Shown here: in pieces, positions 18,066 through 29,875 of the stretch
Layout: each line of letters starts with the position of its first letter
Position numbering within the stretch: position 1 is the stretch's first letter
From: an uncultured delta proteobacterium
Lineage (GTDB): Bacteria > Desulfobacterota > Desulfobacteria > Desulfobacterales > QNYZ01
Direction: 5' to 3'
NCBI GenBank assembly: GCA_963845145.1
Contig: CAWJQU010000010.1
Location: forward strand, 1-43,591
Length of the DNA: 43,591 nucleotides
Notes under the pieces: model-generated
The model's input: only the letters and a program-made list of their open reading frames with translations
The model's database searches: none
What the model was told of the DNA's origin: nothing
Made by a program: the position numbers and the translations under genes

Positions 18066-18674
18066 TCATTTCTTTTCTTTTTCTACAAGATCGTTGTAAA
18101 CCGCCAATGTCCTTTCACGGGTGGTGTCGAAATCGTCACTGTTGTCGATGATAATACTGGCATGCTCTCTTTTCTTTTCAATCGGCATCTGCGCGCGAAT
18201 ACGTGCCCGGGCGTCCTTGTAAGACAAACGGTCTCTTCTTATCAGCCTTTTGAGCTGAATATTTTCAGGCGCATAAACAAGGATGACCTCCTCTAAACCT
18301 CGATGCCACCCCACTTCAATCAATAAAGGCACATCCAGTATAATGGCGCCACCTGAATGGTCCCTTTCAATAGTGGCCATTTGCCGATCGATCACCAGCC
18401 GGACCTGGGGATGAACAATCCGGTTTAATGCTTGTTTTTTACCATCATCATTAAAGACGAGCGACCCCAGTTGCGTACGGTCGATCTCGCCGTCTGCGCG
18501 TAGAATGGTTTTCCCGAAATAGGACACGATCTCCCGCCAGGCCGGCTTTTCCTTTCGAACCGAGTCATGGGCGATTTTATCGGCATCGATGATAAACGCA
18601 CCAGCCTTCCGGAATATTTTGCTTACGGTGGATTTTCCCGTGGCGATGCCGCCTGTTAATCCGGCGTGAATCAA
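18066..18674 (-). CDS. coaE: Dephospho-CoA kinase
   Basis: GLTGGIATGKST, IDAD, IVHP, DVPLL. Confidence 0.97.
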   Translation of the reverse strand: MIHAGLTGGIATGKSTVSKIFRKAGAFIIDADKIAHDSVRKEKPAWREIVSYFGKTILRADGEIDRTQLGSLVFNDDGKKQALNRIVHPQVRLVIDRQMATIERDHSGGAIILDVPLLIEVGWHRGLEEVILVYAPENIQLKRLIRRDRLSYKDARARIRAQMPIEKKREHASIIIDNSDDFDTTRERTLAVYNDLVEKEKK

Positions 18675-18685
18675 GGCAACCTCTC

Positions 18686-19126
18686 TTAACCTTCTTTGAG
18701 CAAGGCTTCCACTTTATCTTTCAAACTTGGATCAAGCTCCCGCCATTTGGTGGGAAACGCCTTTTCGTCGCGCCAGTCAAAATCCACCACTTCATATCGT
18801 TCCGGTATGGTCCGCGTCTGTTCCCGGCCGTAAGATTTGGAGGGATGGTATTCAATATAGAGCATGCGCTCCGGGGCAATCTGAAATTGGCGCACCAGGC
18901 ATGTGGCGATGTGGCCGGCACAACTGCGAATCGACAAGGTAGCGCTTGCCCCATAGGTTTCGGGCAGATCGGAAACAACGACAATGATCGATTTAATAAC
19001 CAACGGGTCCTGTTTACGCGATGGCTGCAAGTCATAGATTCGCAGATGACAACTGCCGCTGGAAAGCTTGAACTTTCCCCCCCATCCATCCCAGGAAAAG
19101 GTGTCATTGTATCGGATAACGGTCAT
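18686..19126 (-). CDS. Hypothetical protein (146 aa)
   Basis: Clean ORF 12 bp upstream of coaE on the same strand, globular composition. Confidence 0.75.
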   Translation of the reverse strand: MTVIRYNDTFSWDGWGGKFKLSSGSCHLRIYDLQPSRKQDPLVIKSIIVVVSDLPETYGASATLSIRSCAGHIATCLVRQFQIAPERMLYIEYHPSKSYGREQTRTIPERYEVVDFDWRDEKAFPTKWRELDPSLKDKVEALLKEG

Positions 19127-19296
19127 CTCATCTCATTTTCTTTTATTTCCAAGGTTATTTTATGCATATGAAAACACATTTACATCCCGGGGTGCAACTG
19201 ATAATTGAACGGATGGTTGATCCGGAAAGGGAGCGTTTTTTCAAATGAAACTCAAAAATAATTCAAAATAACGAATAGTTAGATTGGAGCTTGGAA

Positions 19297-19974
19297 ATGA
19301 AAGGACCCTTTCAGGCGGTATTGTTCGATCTTGACGGCACCTTGCTGGACACCGTGGATGGGTTGGCGGCGGCCGGTAATAGAATGCTGTTAAAAAAAGG
19401 GTTCCCAACCCATCCCGTTGAGAATTATCGTTATTTTGTTGGAGAGGGCGCGGCCGTCCTTGTCCACCGGGCCTTACCACCGGAGGCACGGTCCGAAAAG
19501 ATAGAGAAAGAGTGCCTGGCAATCTATCTGGACGATTATAGCCAAAACTGGCGTGACGGCGCCAAGCCGTATAGCGGGATCATCGATATGCTAAACGAGC
19601 TGACCGACCGGGGTGTTCGGCTGGCGGTTTTATCTAACAAACCCCATGACATAACGGTGATGTGCATGGCCCATTTTTTTTCGCCCTGGACGTTTGAGAT
19701 CGTACTGGGACAGCGTTCCCATGTACCGCGAAAACCCGATCCGGCAGGGGCTTGGGAAGTGGCGCAATATATGAACTTACCGACGGCATCATTTCTTTAT
19801 ATGGGGGACACGGCAATCGATATGAAGACATCTCGGGCAGCAGGAATGTTCGCCGTGGGCGTCTGCTGGGGATTTCGTCCCCGTCATGAACTCAAGGAAA
19901 ACGGTGCCGAGGTCCTGGTTGAACATCCCCGGGAGATCGCGCCTTTGGTCAGCCCACCACCAGACACTGATTAA
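19297..19974 (+). CDS. HAD family hydrolase (phosphoglycolate-phosphatase-like)
   Basis: FDLDGTLLDT, LSNK, KPDP, YMGDTAID. Confidence 0.92.
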   Translation: MKGPFQAVLFDLDGTLLDTVDGLAAAGNRMLLKKGFPTHPVENYRYFVGEGAAVLVHRALPPEARSEKIEKECLAIYLDDYSQNWRDGAKPYSGIIDMLNELTDRGVRLAVLSNKPHDITVMCMAHFFSPWTFEIVLGQRSHVPRKPDPAGAWEVAQYMNLPTASFLYMGDTAIDMKTSRAAGMFAVGVCWGFRPRHELKENGAEVLVEHPREIAPLVSPPPDTD

Positions 19975-21943
19975 TCGGTGCCCATTGATTGTCGATGACC
20001 CAGGTGAATTTTTCTTTGAATAGTCGATCGCTCAGGTAATACTTGCCGGTTTTGATTCGAGAGAGGAATTTTTTAAATTGACTGGGGCCGCCATTGTACA
20101 TGGCATAGACGGCACCTGCCAGCTGGATCGGTTTAAGCGATTTGATTCGATCGGGTTTTTTTAACGCATAACGCTGGAAATAGGTTGCCAGGATCTCGCA
20201 CCCGGCCTTTGCATTGTAATGAATGTCCCACCGCAGACGACCGACATCGTATATTCCCCGCCAGACGCGTTCGTTGATTTGCATCAATCCCACCGAAGAT
20301 CCGTTGTATGATCGTAAATAAATCAGTTGTCGGTTTTTGGTATGAAACTGGCGAAAACAGCTTTCCTGCCAGGCCGTTGAATAGACAATGCGTTCGTAGA
20401 GTTTTCGATGTTTTTTTATCCCTTCGTTTCTATTGGCGACTTTATTGGCGGTTCGTTTCAACAGCGATCTGACCCGTCCCAGATAATCATCCACCCCTGA
20501 TTTTGGTACGATCCACGGTTTCAAGCGGCTCATCTTGGCTGGCTTGTCCGCAGCGTAAGCCGTGCGAGGCCCGAAGAAAAACGTAAGTGGATGCCATCGG
20601 CCGGAATCATTATTCATGCTTCCGTATGGGGGCTTGGATTCCGTGGGGAACGGTTGCACATCAGGATTGGGCATTTCATCTTCCGGATCAAATCCGAGTA
20701 TATCGCGTAACCGATGATCGCGGTCGAGCGGATAGGCCAGGGCGTCCGGAGGCAATTCACCCAGCAGCCGGGCCAGTCGAATGAGCCCCTCCCGGCTGAT
20801 CTCAATGCCCAAAGCCGGGCCCATCGCGTTGAGAACGATCAGTGCATCGGAAGCCGTAAAAAAAGACAGGTAGGCCAGACTTTGGGCGGGGGAATCGTCG
20901 GTCAGGTGCTGTCGGAATATCGGAGCCAGTTGTTTCCATACCTGGATAAATTGATTTTTAACAAAATCCCCCCGGACCCGGTCTTCGGCTAGCTCTGTGC
21001 TGAAGCGATGGCGGGTATCGAGCAGTGTATCGAGAAGGATCTGTTTCTGGTCATCGGTCAGCGGCTTTTCGGTCAGCGTGAGGATTAAATGAACCAAAAA
21101 TGCATCCCAGGTTTCCCAGATTTTGATAAATTGATCCAATTCATCTTCGGATAGTGCGGCTGCGGGCGGGCTGTCGCGGGCACCATCATCACCATCATCA
21201 ACAACCAGGGGCATATCGATATGAATATCGATGCAAACCCGATCTGTTTTAACCTGCGTGCCTCCCGGCCGCATGCTGTTCAGGACCGCTTGGGCGCCCT
21301 GGCGGTATTCTTTCGGAAACATGGGAAGCAGGGTCTGTTTGAGATCGGTTACCGGCGGGGTCAGATCGATTCGAAGTCCGGCAAGATGCGGGTATACCCA
21401 CTGTTCCAACAGTTTGGTTACGATTCCGGCCAACACCACAGGTTGGCGCTCATGATCGAAAACATTTGAATCAACGGGGGAAAAAGAGAGGTGCCAATTT
21501 TCAGGATTGATTTTAGGCCGTTGGTCCAGGACCACAATCCCCTGCCAGGAAATCGGCATCAGGCAGTTTTCACCAAACGATTTGCCGGCCTTTAGATCCA
21601 CAAAAGTTTCCAGGCGCAACAGGCCGTTTGTTTCGCTCCAGCGTGGTTCGGAGATGGTAACGGCGGTGCATCCGTCCTCACTTTCCAGCAAACGGGCTGT
21701 CTTATCGGGGTCGGTATAAGCGGAATGAACGGTCAAGACGTTTAACAGGGCATAATCGATGGTGATCGGAAAAGTAATTGTCTTGGCTTCATCCGCGGGA
21801 ACCGCCGATCCCCAACAGAAGATCAGTGCGATAAGGGAAAGGGAAATGGTGCTTGCGAACGTTCCGAAAAGCCGCCGGTTTACGATATTTTTCGAATGCG
21901 GGATCATGGTCACGGTCATAGGCAACTTGGGGCTGGGTGTCAA
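19949..21943 (-). CDS. Large exported protein with C-terminal lytic transglycosylase (SLT) domain
   Basis: Signal-peptide-like N-terminus; AWQES, GLMQIN, YN..AG, MYNGGP motifs. True start may be ATG 21919 or 21907. Confidence 0.85.
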   Translation of the reverse strand: MTPSPKLPMTVTMIPHSKNIVNRRLFGTFASTISLSLIALIFCWGSAVPADEAKTITFPITIDYALLNVLTVHSAYTDPDKTARLLESEDGCTAVTISEPRWSETNGLLRLETFVDLKAGKSFGENCLMPISWQGIVVLDQRPKINPENWHLSFSPVDSNVFDHERQPVVLAGIVTKLLEQWVYPHLAGLRIDLTPPVTDLKQTLLPMFPKEYRQGAQAVLNSMRPGGTQVKTDRVCIDIHIDMPLVVDDGDDGARDSPPAAALSEDELDQFIKIWETWDAFLVHLILTLTEKPLTDDQKQILLDTLLDTRHRFSTELAEDRVRGDFVKNQFIQVWKQLAPIFRQHLTDDSPAQSLAYLSFFTASDALIVLNAMGPALGIEISREGLIRLARLLGELPPDALAYPLDRDHRLRDILGFDPEDEMPNPDVQPFPTESKPPYGSMNNDSGRWHPLTFFFGPRTAYAADKPAKMSRLKPWIVPKSGVDDYLGRVRSLLKRTANKVANRNEGIKKHRKLYERIVYSTAWQESCFRQFHTKNRQLIYLRSYNGSSVGLMQINERVWRGIYDVGRLRWDIHYNAKAGCEILATYFQRYALKKPDRIKSLKPIQLAGAVYAMYNGGPSQFKKFLSRIKTGKYYLSDRLFKEKFTWVIDNQWAPINQCLVVG

Positions 21944-22086
21944 GGTCGCAACGGGCGCTTTTTAACAAGCATTTTGACTTTGCAAATTTGGAATGGTAGA
22001 TCACAGCCGACCGTATTCTTACCCGTTCAATCGCCCGTTCAATTTAATACGAACGAGTGATTCGTATTAAAAGGAGGAGATTCAAC

Positions 22087-22467
22087 ATGATTCAAACCAT
22101 TGCAACCGATCGTGCACCGGCCGCCATCGGACCATACTCCCAGGCAGTCGTAGCGGAACCGTTTTTTTTCGTCAGCGGCCAGCTCGGCATGTTACCCGAG
22201 TCGGGCGAAATGGCCGGTTCAGATTTTGACTCGCAGGCGAATCAAGCCTTGAAAAATATGCAACAGATTTTAGAAGCCGGCGGTTGCCGGCTAGATGACG
22301 TGCTCTCCGTGGATGTTTTTTTAACGGATATGGAAGCGTTTGCCGATTTTAACCGAATCTATGCGTCTTACTTTTCGAATCATCGCCCTGCCCGGGCCGT
22401 TGTGGCGGTTGCCGGATTACCTAAAAATGCTTTGGTAGAAATTAAATGTGTCGCCCGAATACCGTAA
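22087..22467 (+). CDS. ridA: RidA/YjgF family enamine deaminase
   Basis: APAAIGPYSQA, SGQ, PAR, LPKNALVEI; RBS AGGAGG. Confidence 0.9.
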   Translation: MIQTIATDRAPAAIGPYSQAVVAEPFFFVSGQLGMLPESGEMAGSDFDSQANQALKNMQQILEAGGCRLDDVLSVDVFLTDMEAFADFNRIYASYFSNHRPARAVVAVAGLPKNALVEIKCVARIP

Positions 22468-22557
22468 AAAGATATAATACCAGGTTGTTATCTTTTTATG
22501 AACGAAACAGCCGGTCGGATTATTGGTTTATCTGTCTGAAAAACAGCCAAAAAACCT

Positions 22558-22587
22558 TTGACATTCCAAACCACCGGATGCTATAGA
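22558..22587 (+). promoter_or_regulatory. Sigma70 promoter of the atp operon
   Basis: TTGACA-18 bp-TATAGA with TG extended -10. Confidence 0.55.
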
Positions 22588-22636
22588 GCGCCGCAAAATG
22601 ATTGATTCCTAAAACAACAAAAAAAGAGGAATGCCG

Positions 22637-23065
22637 ATGATTAAAATTGACTACTCGGTGTTCATCCAGATCATTAATTTTCTCTTTCTGGTCTGGATAT
22701 TAAACATTGTCGTCTACAAACCAATTCGGAACATTCTGCGTCAGCGGTCTGAAAAAATGGACGGGTATACCCAACGCATCGACAGGTGCGGCGATGAATC
22801 CATCCAAAAAGATCGCGACTATAATGCAGGGCTGCGAGATGCGCGCGCTAAAGGGCTCAAGGAGAAGGAAGCTTTCCTCCTGGAGGCCAAAGAGGAAGAG
22901 CGGGTGATCATTGACAAGATCAATGCCCGGGCTCAGGCGGAAATGGCGAAAGTTAAGCAAAGTATCATTGCGGATACGCAGAAAGTTAAAGCGGAGTTGG
23001 AAAAGGAAATTGATGGGTTTGCCGGTTCCATCGGGGAGAAAATTTTGGGAAGGGCGGTATCATGA
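22637..23065 (+). CDS. atpF: ATP synthase F0 subunit b'
   Basis: IQIINFLFLVWILNIVVYKPI TM then coiled coil; first of two b paralogues. Confidence 0.9.
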   Translation: MIKIDYSVFIQIINFLFLVWILNIVVYKPIRNILRQRSEKMDGYTQRIDRCGDESIQKDRDYNAGLRDARAKGLKEKEAFLLEAKEEERVIIDKINARAQAEMAKVKQSIIADTQKVKAELEKEIDGFAGSIGEKILGRAVS

Positions 23066-23682
23066 TGTCTTTTCAGTCTAAATCAAATAAGCGTTGGCTC
23101 AAGGTGGGGTCGTGGATGGTCGTTTTAGTCGCGGCCTTATTATTTTGTACCGTTGTTCCGGCGTTGAGTTCCTCCGAAGGCGGGCATGATGCCCCTGCAG
23201 CGAAGGGGTGGGTGGCCACGGATACGTATCGCGTGATGAACTTTGCGGTTCTGGCTATTGCCCTTTTTTTTCTTCTGCGCAAGCCGGTGAAGCAGGCCCT
23301 AGGTAGTCGCATCTCCGGGATCCAGGCCGAGCTGGATGAACTTGAGGAGAAGAAAAAGGTTGCCGAAACCAAATTGGCCGAATATGACGAAAAACTGGCC
23401 TCGCTGGATAAAGAAGCCGAGACGATTGTGGCGGAATATATTCGTCAGGGCGAGGACGCCAAAGTGCGTATTTTAAAAGAAGCCGAAGCTGCTTCTGAAA
23501 AACTGGAATCCCAGGCCAAACGCAACATTAAATCCGAATTTAAGCAGGCTAAGGAAACGCTTTATAAGGATGTGCTTGAAAAAGCCCTGATGAAAGCGGA
23601 AGGTCTTATTAAGGATAAAATTACAGGCGATGATCAGGAAAGCCTGGTAGACGATTACCTAAAGAAAGTGGTGGAAACGTGA
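23062..23682 (+). CDS. atpF: ATP synthase F0 subunit b with N-terminal signal-like extension
   Basis: YRVMNFAVLAIALFFLLRKP then coiled coil; overlaps both neighbours by 4 bp. Confidence 0.9.
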   Translation: MMSFQSKSNKRWLKVGSWMVVLVAALLFCTVVPALSSSEGGHDAPAAKGWVATDTYRVMNFAVLAIALFFLLRKPVKQALGSRISGIQAELDELEEKKKVAETKLAEYDEKLASLDKEAETIVAEYIRQGEDAKVRILKEAEAASEKLESQAKRNIKSEFKQAKETLYKDVLEKALMKAEGLIKDKITGDDQESLVDDYLKKVVET

Positions 23683-24230
23683 AGAATTTAGCCATCGCCA
23701 GGCGTTATGCCAAAGCATTGTTGTTGATCGGCACACAAGACGGTGAAGCGGAGTCGTATCGATCTGAATTGGGGGGCATATCCGGCCTAATAGCCCAAAA
23801 CCCGTCACTTGAGCAAGCCATTACCAACCCTTTGCATGATGCCGGTGCCAGGAAGCGGGTGCTTGAAACCCTTATCGAGAGGCTGGGTGTATCCAAGGTT
23901 ATGCGATCCTTTTTATTACTATTGTTCGACAAGGGACGTATGGGATTCGTCGCCAGCATTGACGAATTTTACCAGAAACTGGCTGATGAGCTTAAAGGGG
24001 TTGCCCGGGCCACCGTGACATCGGCCACTGAGCTTTCTGCCGATGCCATTGATAAGATTCGAAAGGGGCTTTCCCTGCGAACCGGAAAAGACGTTGTTCT
24101 TGAAATTAACCAAGACCCGAAACTGATCGGTGGCATTGTCACCCGTATTGGGGATCTGGTTTTGGATGGAAGCATTAAAACACAATTACTCGGTATGCGA
24201 GAATCATTAAAAAAGGGTGAGGGCGTCTGA
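23679..24230 (+). CDS. atpH: ATP synthase F1 delta
   Basis: [24 protein letters not shown]. Confidence 0.97.
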   Translation: MKNLAIARRYAKALLLIGTQDGEAESYRSELGGISGLIAQNPSLEQAITNPLHDAGARKRVLETLIERLGVSKVMRSFLLLLFDKGRMGFVASIDEFYQKLADELKGVARATVTSATELSADAIDKIRKGLSLRTGKDVVLEINQDPKLIGGIVTRIGDLVLDGSIKTQLLGMRESLKKGEGV

Positions 24231-25747
24231 TGGAACTAAAAGCGGAAGAAATTAGTCAGATTATCAAGGAACAGATTACGGATTATGACAAAAAGGTTGA
24301 GCTGTCTGAAACCGGGGTCGTTCTCTCGGTGGGTGATGGAATTGCCCGGGTTTATGGTCTGGAAAAAGCCATGGCCCTGGAGCTGGTGGAATTTCCAGGC
24401 GGCATCCTGGGGCTGGTCCTGAACCTCGAAGAGGACAATGTGGGTTGCGCCATTATGGGCGAAGATATCCACATCAAGGAAGGCGACATGGTCAAACGAA
24501 CCGGTCGCATCGCCGAAGTTCCCGTGGGTGAAGCCGTATTGGGACGGGTGGTCTCCGCTGTGGGTGAACCCCTAGACGGCAAAGGCCCCATCGATGTCAA
24601 AGAGAACCGGCGGGTGGAGATGGTTGCCCCCGGTGTTATCGCCCGTAAAGGCGTTCATGAACCATGTTATACCGGCCTAAAGGCGGTTGACGCTATGACA
24701 CCGGTGGGTCGCGGACAACGGGAATTGATCATTGGTGACCGTCAAATCGGGAAAACCGCCTGTGCCGTGGATGCCATTTTGGCCCAGAAAGAGTCGGATG
24801 TCTACTGCATCTATGTGGCCTGCGGTCAGAAACAATCAACCGTGGCCCAAGTCCATGCCGTTCTAGAAAAACACGGCGCTATGGAATACACAACCATCGT
24901 TTCGGCTTGTGCCAGTGACCCCGCCACCTTGCAGTTTATTGCGCCATACGCCGGGTGCGCCATGGGTGAATATTACCGTGATAAAGGCCAGCATGCCCTG
25001 ATTGTCTATGACGATCTTTCCAAACAAGCGGCTGCTTACCGCCAGGTCTCATTGTTGTTGAGACGCCCGCCGGGACGTGAAGCCTACCCGGGTGACATCT
25101 TTTACAACCACTCCCGTTTGCTTGAGCGCGCCGCCAAGATGAATGATGAATTGGGCGCCGGCTCACTGACGGCATTGCCGATTATTGAAACCCAGGCGGG
25201 CGATGTTTCCGCCTTTATCCCCACCAACGTGATATCCATTACCGACGGTCAGATCTATCTGGAGCCCTCTCTGTTTTTCGCCGGTATACGTCCGTCGATC
25301 AACGTCGGTCTCTCGGTTTCACGGGTGGGTGGTGCCGCCCAGGTCAAAGCCATGAAACAGGTGGCGGGTACCTTACGGTTGGACCTTGCCCAGTTTCGTG
25401 AGCTGGAAGCGTTCGCCGCGTTTGGCAGCGACTTGGATAAAGCGACCCAAAAACAGCTGACGCGTGGTGCCCGGTTGGTGGAGATTCTGAAACAACCGCA
25501 ATATCAGCCCCTACCGATGGAAAAACAGGTTACCATTCTTTTTGCCGGTACCAAGGGTTACCTGGATGAATTCCCGATTGAAGTCCTGGCGAAATATGAG
25601 GCCGGTTTATACGCATTTATTGAAGACCGATATCCTCAGATATTCTCCGAGCTCAAAGAGAAAGAAGTCTTTTCCGAGGAGTTGAATCAAACCATGGCTG
25701 ATGCCTTAACAGCCTACGGTGAGGAATTTAAGGATACCATTAAATAA
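24230..25747 (+). CDS. atpA: ATP synthase F1 alpha
   Basis: [25 protein letters not shown]. Confidence 0.99.
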   Translation: MELKAEEISQIIKEQITDYDKKVELSETGVVLSVGDGIARVYGLEKAMALELVEFPGGILGLVLNLEEDNVGCAIMGEDIHIKEGDMVKRTGRIAEVPVGEAVLGRVVSAVGEPLDGKGPIDVKENRRVEMVAPGVIARKGVHEPCYTGLKAVDAMTPVGRGQRELIIGDRQIGKTACAVDAILAQKESDVYCIYVACGQKQSTVAQVHAVLEKHGAMEYTTIVSACASDPATLQFIAPYAGCAMGEYYRDKGQHALIVYDDLSKQAAAYRQVSLLLRRPPGREAYPGDIFYNHSRLLERAAKMNDELGAGSLTALPIIETQAGDVSAFIPTNVISITDGQIYLEPSLFFAGIRPSINVGLSVSRVGGAAQVKAMKQVAGTLRLDLAQFRELEAFAAFGSDLDKATQKQLTRGARLVEILKQPQYQPLPMEKQVTILFAGTKGYLDEFPIEVLAKYEAGLYAFIEDRYPQIFSELKEKEVFSEELNQTMADALTAYGEEFKDTIK

Positions 25748-25852
25748 TACGTTAGCGGCTTCGCAAAGGGGTGTTGATTTTTTAGTGGCTTAAATATGCA
25801 CTCATTTGAGACACCCATTCGATCGGCGACAGAATAAATAAGGGCTGATTCT

Positions 25853-26746
25853 ATGCCAAGTTTAAAAGATGTTCAAAATAAGATTGGTGCGGTAAAAAAG
25901 ACCAAGCAGATTACCAAAGCGATGGGAATGGTGGCGACTTCGAGACTGAGGGGCGCTCAGACGAATATGGAGAATTTTCGTCCCTATGCCGCCAAGTTTG
26001 CGGAAGTGTTGGGCAGCCTGGCGGAAAAAGCCGGTGATGAAGCCAGTCCACTCCTGATTCCCCGGGAAGAGGTGAAAAATATCCATATCTGCCTATGCAC
26101 TTCCGATCGTGGTTTGTGCGGTGGATTTAACGTCAATCTGACTCACAAGGCCGAAGTATTTGCCAAAGATAAAATCGCAGATGGTATCAATGTCTCATTT
26201 TCCAATTTTGGAAAAAGAGGGCGTGACTGGACAAGGAGAAATGGATACGAGATCATCGATGAATTTATCGGTGTGGTTGGGAGCAATGTCGGCTTTAATA
26301 TAGCGGTCAATGCCGGACGAAAGATTGTATCAAGTTACCTGGACGGAACCTACGACGAGGTTTATGTGATTTTTTCCGAATTTCTGAGCATGGGTAAACA
26401 GGTGTCTACTTTGAAACAATTGCTTCCAATACCACCCATTGAGAAGCCCGAAGACACCAACGATGAGCCGGACAACGTCTATCAGGCGGAACATATCTGT
26501 GAGCCGTCGGCCCAGGGGCTCCTCGGGGATTTGTTGCCGCGCAGTGTGCATGTCACCCTGTTTAGCGCACTTCTAGAAACATCTACCAGCGAACATGCCG
26601 CTCGAATGGCTGCCATGGACAATGCCACTTCTGCATGCAATGATATGATTGAAAATCTAACCTTAGCCTACAATAAAGCACGCCAGGCAGCCGTTACGTC
26701 GGAGCTGATGGACATTGTCGGTGGTGCTGAAGCGCTTAAAGGATAA
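25853..26746 (+). CDS. atpG: ATP synthase F1 gamma
   Basis: QITKAM, SDRGLCGGFN, YNKARQAAVTSEL. Confidence 0.99.
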   Translation: MPSLKDVQNKIGAVKKTKQITKAMGMVATSRLRGAQTNMENFRPYAAKFAEVLGSLAEKAGDEASPLLIPREEVKNIHICLCTSDRGLCGGFNVNLTHKAEVFAKDKIADGINVSFSNFGKRGRDWTRRNGYEIIDEFIGVVGSNVGFNIAVNAGRKIVSSYLDGTYDEVYVIFSEFLSMGKQVSTLKQLLPIPPIEKPEDTNDEPDNVYQAEHICEPSAQGLLGDLLPRSVHVTLFSALLETSTSEHAARMAAMDNATSACNDMIENLTLAYNKARQAAVTSELMDIVGGAEALKG

Positions 26747-26787
26747 ATAGCTACAAAACCGGATTATATATTTTAGGAGGACTTTAG

Positions 26788-28203
<1,416 letters not shown>

Positions 28204-28220
28204 TCGTAAAGGGGCGATAA

Positions 28221-28637
28221 ATGGCGGAAAATATTCTATTGGAAGTGGTGACCCCCGAAAAGGCTGTGGTCAAGGAATTGGTTCAGACCGTGGTGGCTCC
28301 CGGCATGCTAGGCGAGTTCGGCGTACTGAACGGGCATACCCCTTTTCTCACGACTGTGAAAACCGGTGTTATTCGGTTTACGGATTCAAACGGAAAAGAA
28401 AAGTATCTGTTCGTATCCGGAGGGTTTGCCGAAGCGCTTCCCGATAAGGTTACGATTCTGGCCGAATCGGCAGAAGTCAGTGACTCTATTGATTTGGACC
28501 GCGCCAAGGCTGCCATGGAAAGGGCTGAAAAGAGGTTGGCCGATAAAGATAAAAAAGAGAGGGTTGATCGGGCGCGGGCCAAAGCGGCTCTCGATCGGGC
28601 AATGGTTCGAATAAAAGTCGGCGATATGCGTATGTGA
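28221..28637 (+). CDS. atpC: ATP synthase F1 epsilon
   Basis: LEVVTPE, GEFGVLNGH, VSGGFAE. Confidence 0.97.
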   Translation: MAENILLEVVTPEKAVVKELVQTVVAPGMLGEFGVLNGHTPFLTTVKTGVIRFTDSNGKEKYLFVSGGFAEALPDKVTILAESAEVSDSIDLDRAKAAMERAEKRLADKDKKERVDRARAKAALDRAMVRIKVGDMRM

Positions 28638-28728
28638 GACTGTTTTCCACCTGTGCATATTCGCAGCGAGTCGAAGGATTTACAATGGTGGCATTTTGAT
28701 TTTCCACCAACGGTAAAACTTAAAATCC

Positions 28729-28762
28729 AAGGGCAAACCGCTAAAGGTGGTTTGCCCTTTTT
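28729..28762 (+). terminator. Intrinsic terminator of the atp operon
   Basis: AAGGGCAAACCGC-taaag-GTGGTTTGCCCTTTTT. Confidence 0.85.
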
Positions 28763-28796
28763 CAATTATTAGGCGTTGAAATCCAGAGGTGACGTT

Positions 28797-29564
28797 TTGA
28801 AATCGGTTAACGATAAAAAGAACTGCGCGGTGGCTGTCATTATCCTGGCAGCAGGCTTGGGTACGCGAATGAAATCTAATCGTGCCAAGGTTTTACACAA
28901 TATTAATGGTATCCCCATGATCCGCTATGTGGTTGAGACGGCTTACGCATTGGATATCGAAGAGACCATTGTCGTTATTGGACATCAGGCAGATCGTGTG
29001 CAGGCGACATTAGCTGAATATGGGCAATTGAAGTTTGCGCGTCAGGACAATCAGTTGGGGACAGGCCATGCGGTGATGTGTGCGCTACCCCAGGTGTCCG
29101 AAATGATAGAACATGTGGTCGTATTATGTGGGGACGTTCCGCTCCTTCAGCCGGATACGGTCACGCATTTAATTCAAAATCATGTCGCTTCGAAACAAGA
29201 TGTGACGATCTTGGCAATAGATGTGGATAATCCCACCGGCTATGGGCGTATCGTGCCGAGCGCGGATGGGGATGTATTGGGTATTGTCGAGGAGGCCGAC
29301 GCCAATGAAAATCAAAAGAAAATTACAACGGTAAACGCAGGTATTTATTGCGTCAAAAAAAGTTTTCTTCAAAATGCGCTTAATGCATTAAATACCAATA
29401 ATGCGCAAAATGAATTTTATTTGACCGATATCGTTGCGATTGCACGGTCGCAGAAGCGCATGGTCGGCGTTGTAATGGGTCGTGATCCCATCGAGGTGAC
29501 CGGCGTTAATACCTTGGTGGAATTGGAGACTGTGGAAGCGGCAATACTAAGCCGGAAAAAGTAA
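28797..29564 (+). CDS. glmU: GlmU uridylyltransferase domain only (no acetyltransferase domain)
   Basis: ILAAGLGTRMKS, QLGTGHA, GDVP, GYGRI, EFYLTD, GVNT, then stop; TTG 28797 follows RBS GAGGT. Confidence 0.85.
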   Translation: MKSVNDKKNCAVAVIILAAGLGTRMKSNRAKVLHNINGIPMIRYVVETAYALDIEETIVVIGHQADRVQATLAEYGQLKFARQDNQLGTGHAVMCALPQVSEMIEHVVVLCGDVPLLQPDTVTHLIQNHVASKQDVTILAIDVDNPTGYGRIVPSADGDVLGIVEEADANENQKKITTVNAGIYCVKKSFLQNALNALNTNNAQNEFYLTDIVAIARSQKRMVGVVMGRDPIEVTGVNTLVELETVEAAILSRKK

Positions 29565-29570
29565 AATACC

Positions 29571-29599
29571 TTGACTTAAATTGAAATAACCGCCATGAT
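29571..29599 (+). promoter_or_regulatory. Sigma70 promoter for zapB-zapA
   Basis: TTGACT-17 bp-CATGAT. Confidence 0.55.
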
Positions 29600-29626
29600 T
29601 ATCAAACGAATAGAATAGGAGGACCG

Positions 29627-29875
29627 TTGAATAGCGAAATTATAATCAAACAATTCGATGCCATTGAAACCAAAGTTGGTGAGGTGTTAAACACCCTAAA
29701 AAGTTGTAAATCAGAAAATGCGGAGTTAAAACAGCAAATTAAGCGTTTAGAAGAAACGCTAAGGCAAAAGGAGGAAGCGGAAAATCATTTCGCCGAGGAG
29801 AAACGGCAGATCCGTGGGAAAATTGATGGTTTGTTAAGCAAGCTCAACAATCTAACCAGTCAGGATTCCAATTGA
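29627..29875 (+). CDS. zapB: Cell division protein ZapB-like coiled coil
   Basis: 82-aa coiled coil ending IRGKIDGLLSKL, RBS AGGAGG, upstream of zapA. Confidence 0.8.
   Translation: MNSEIIIKQFDAIETKVGEVLNTLKSCKSENAELKQQIKRLEETLRQKEEAENHFAEEKRQIRGKIDGLLSKLNNLTSQDSN

Noticed and set aside
28729..28762. GGGCAAACC...AAAGGTGG resembles the start of a c-di-GMP-I riboswitch
   Set aside because: It forms one fully paired hairpin with a T-run right after atpC and has no second GEMM stem; it is a terminator.
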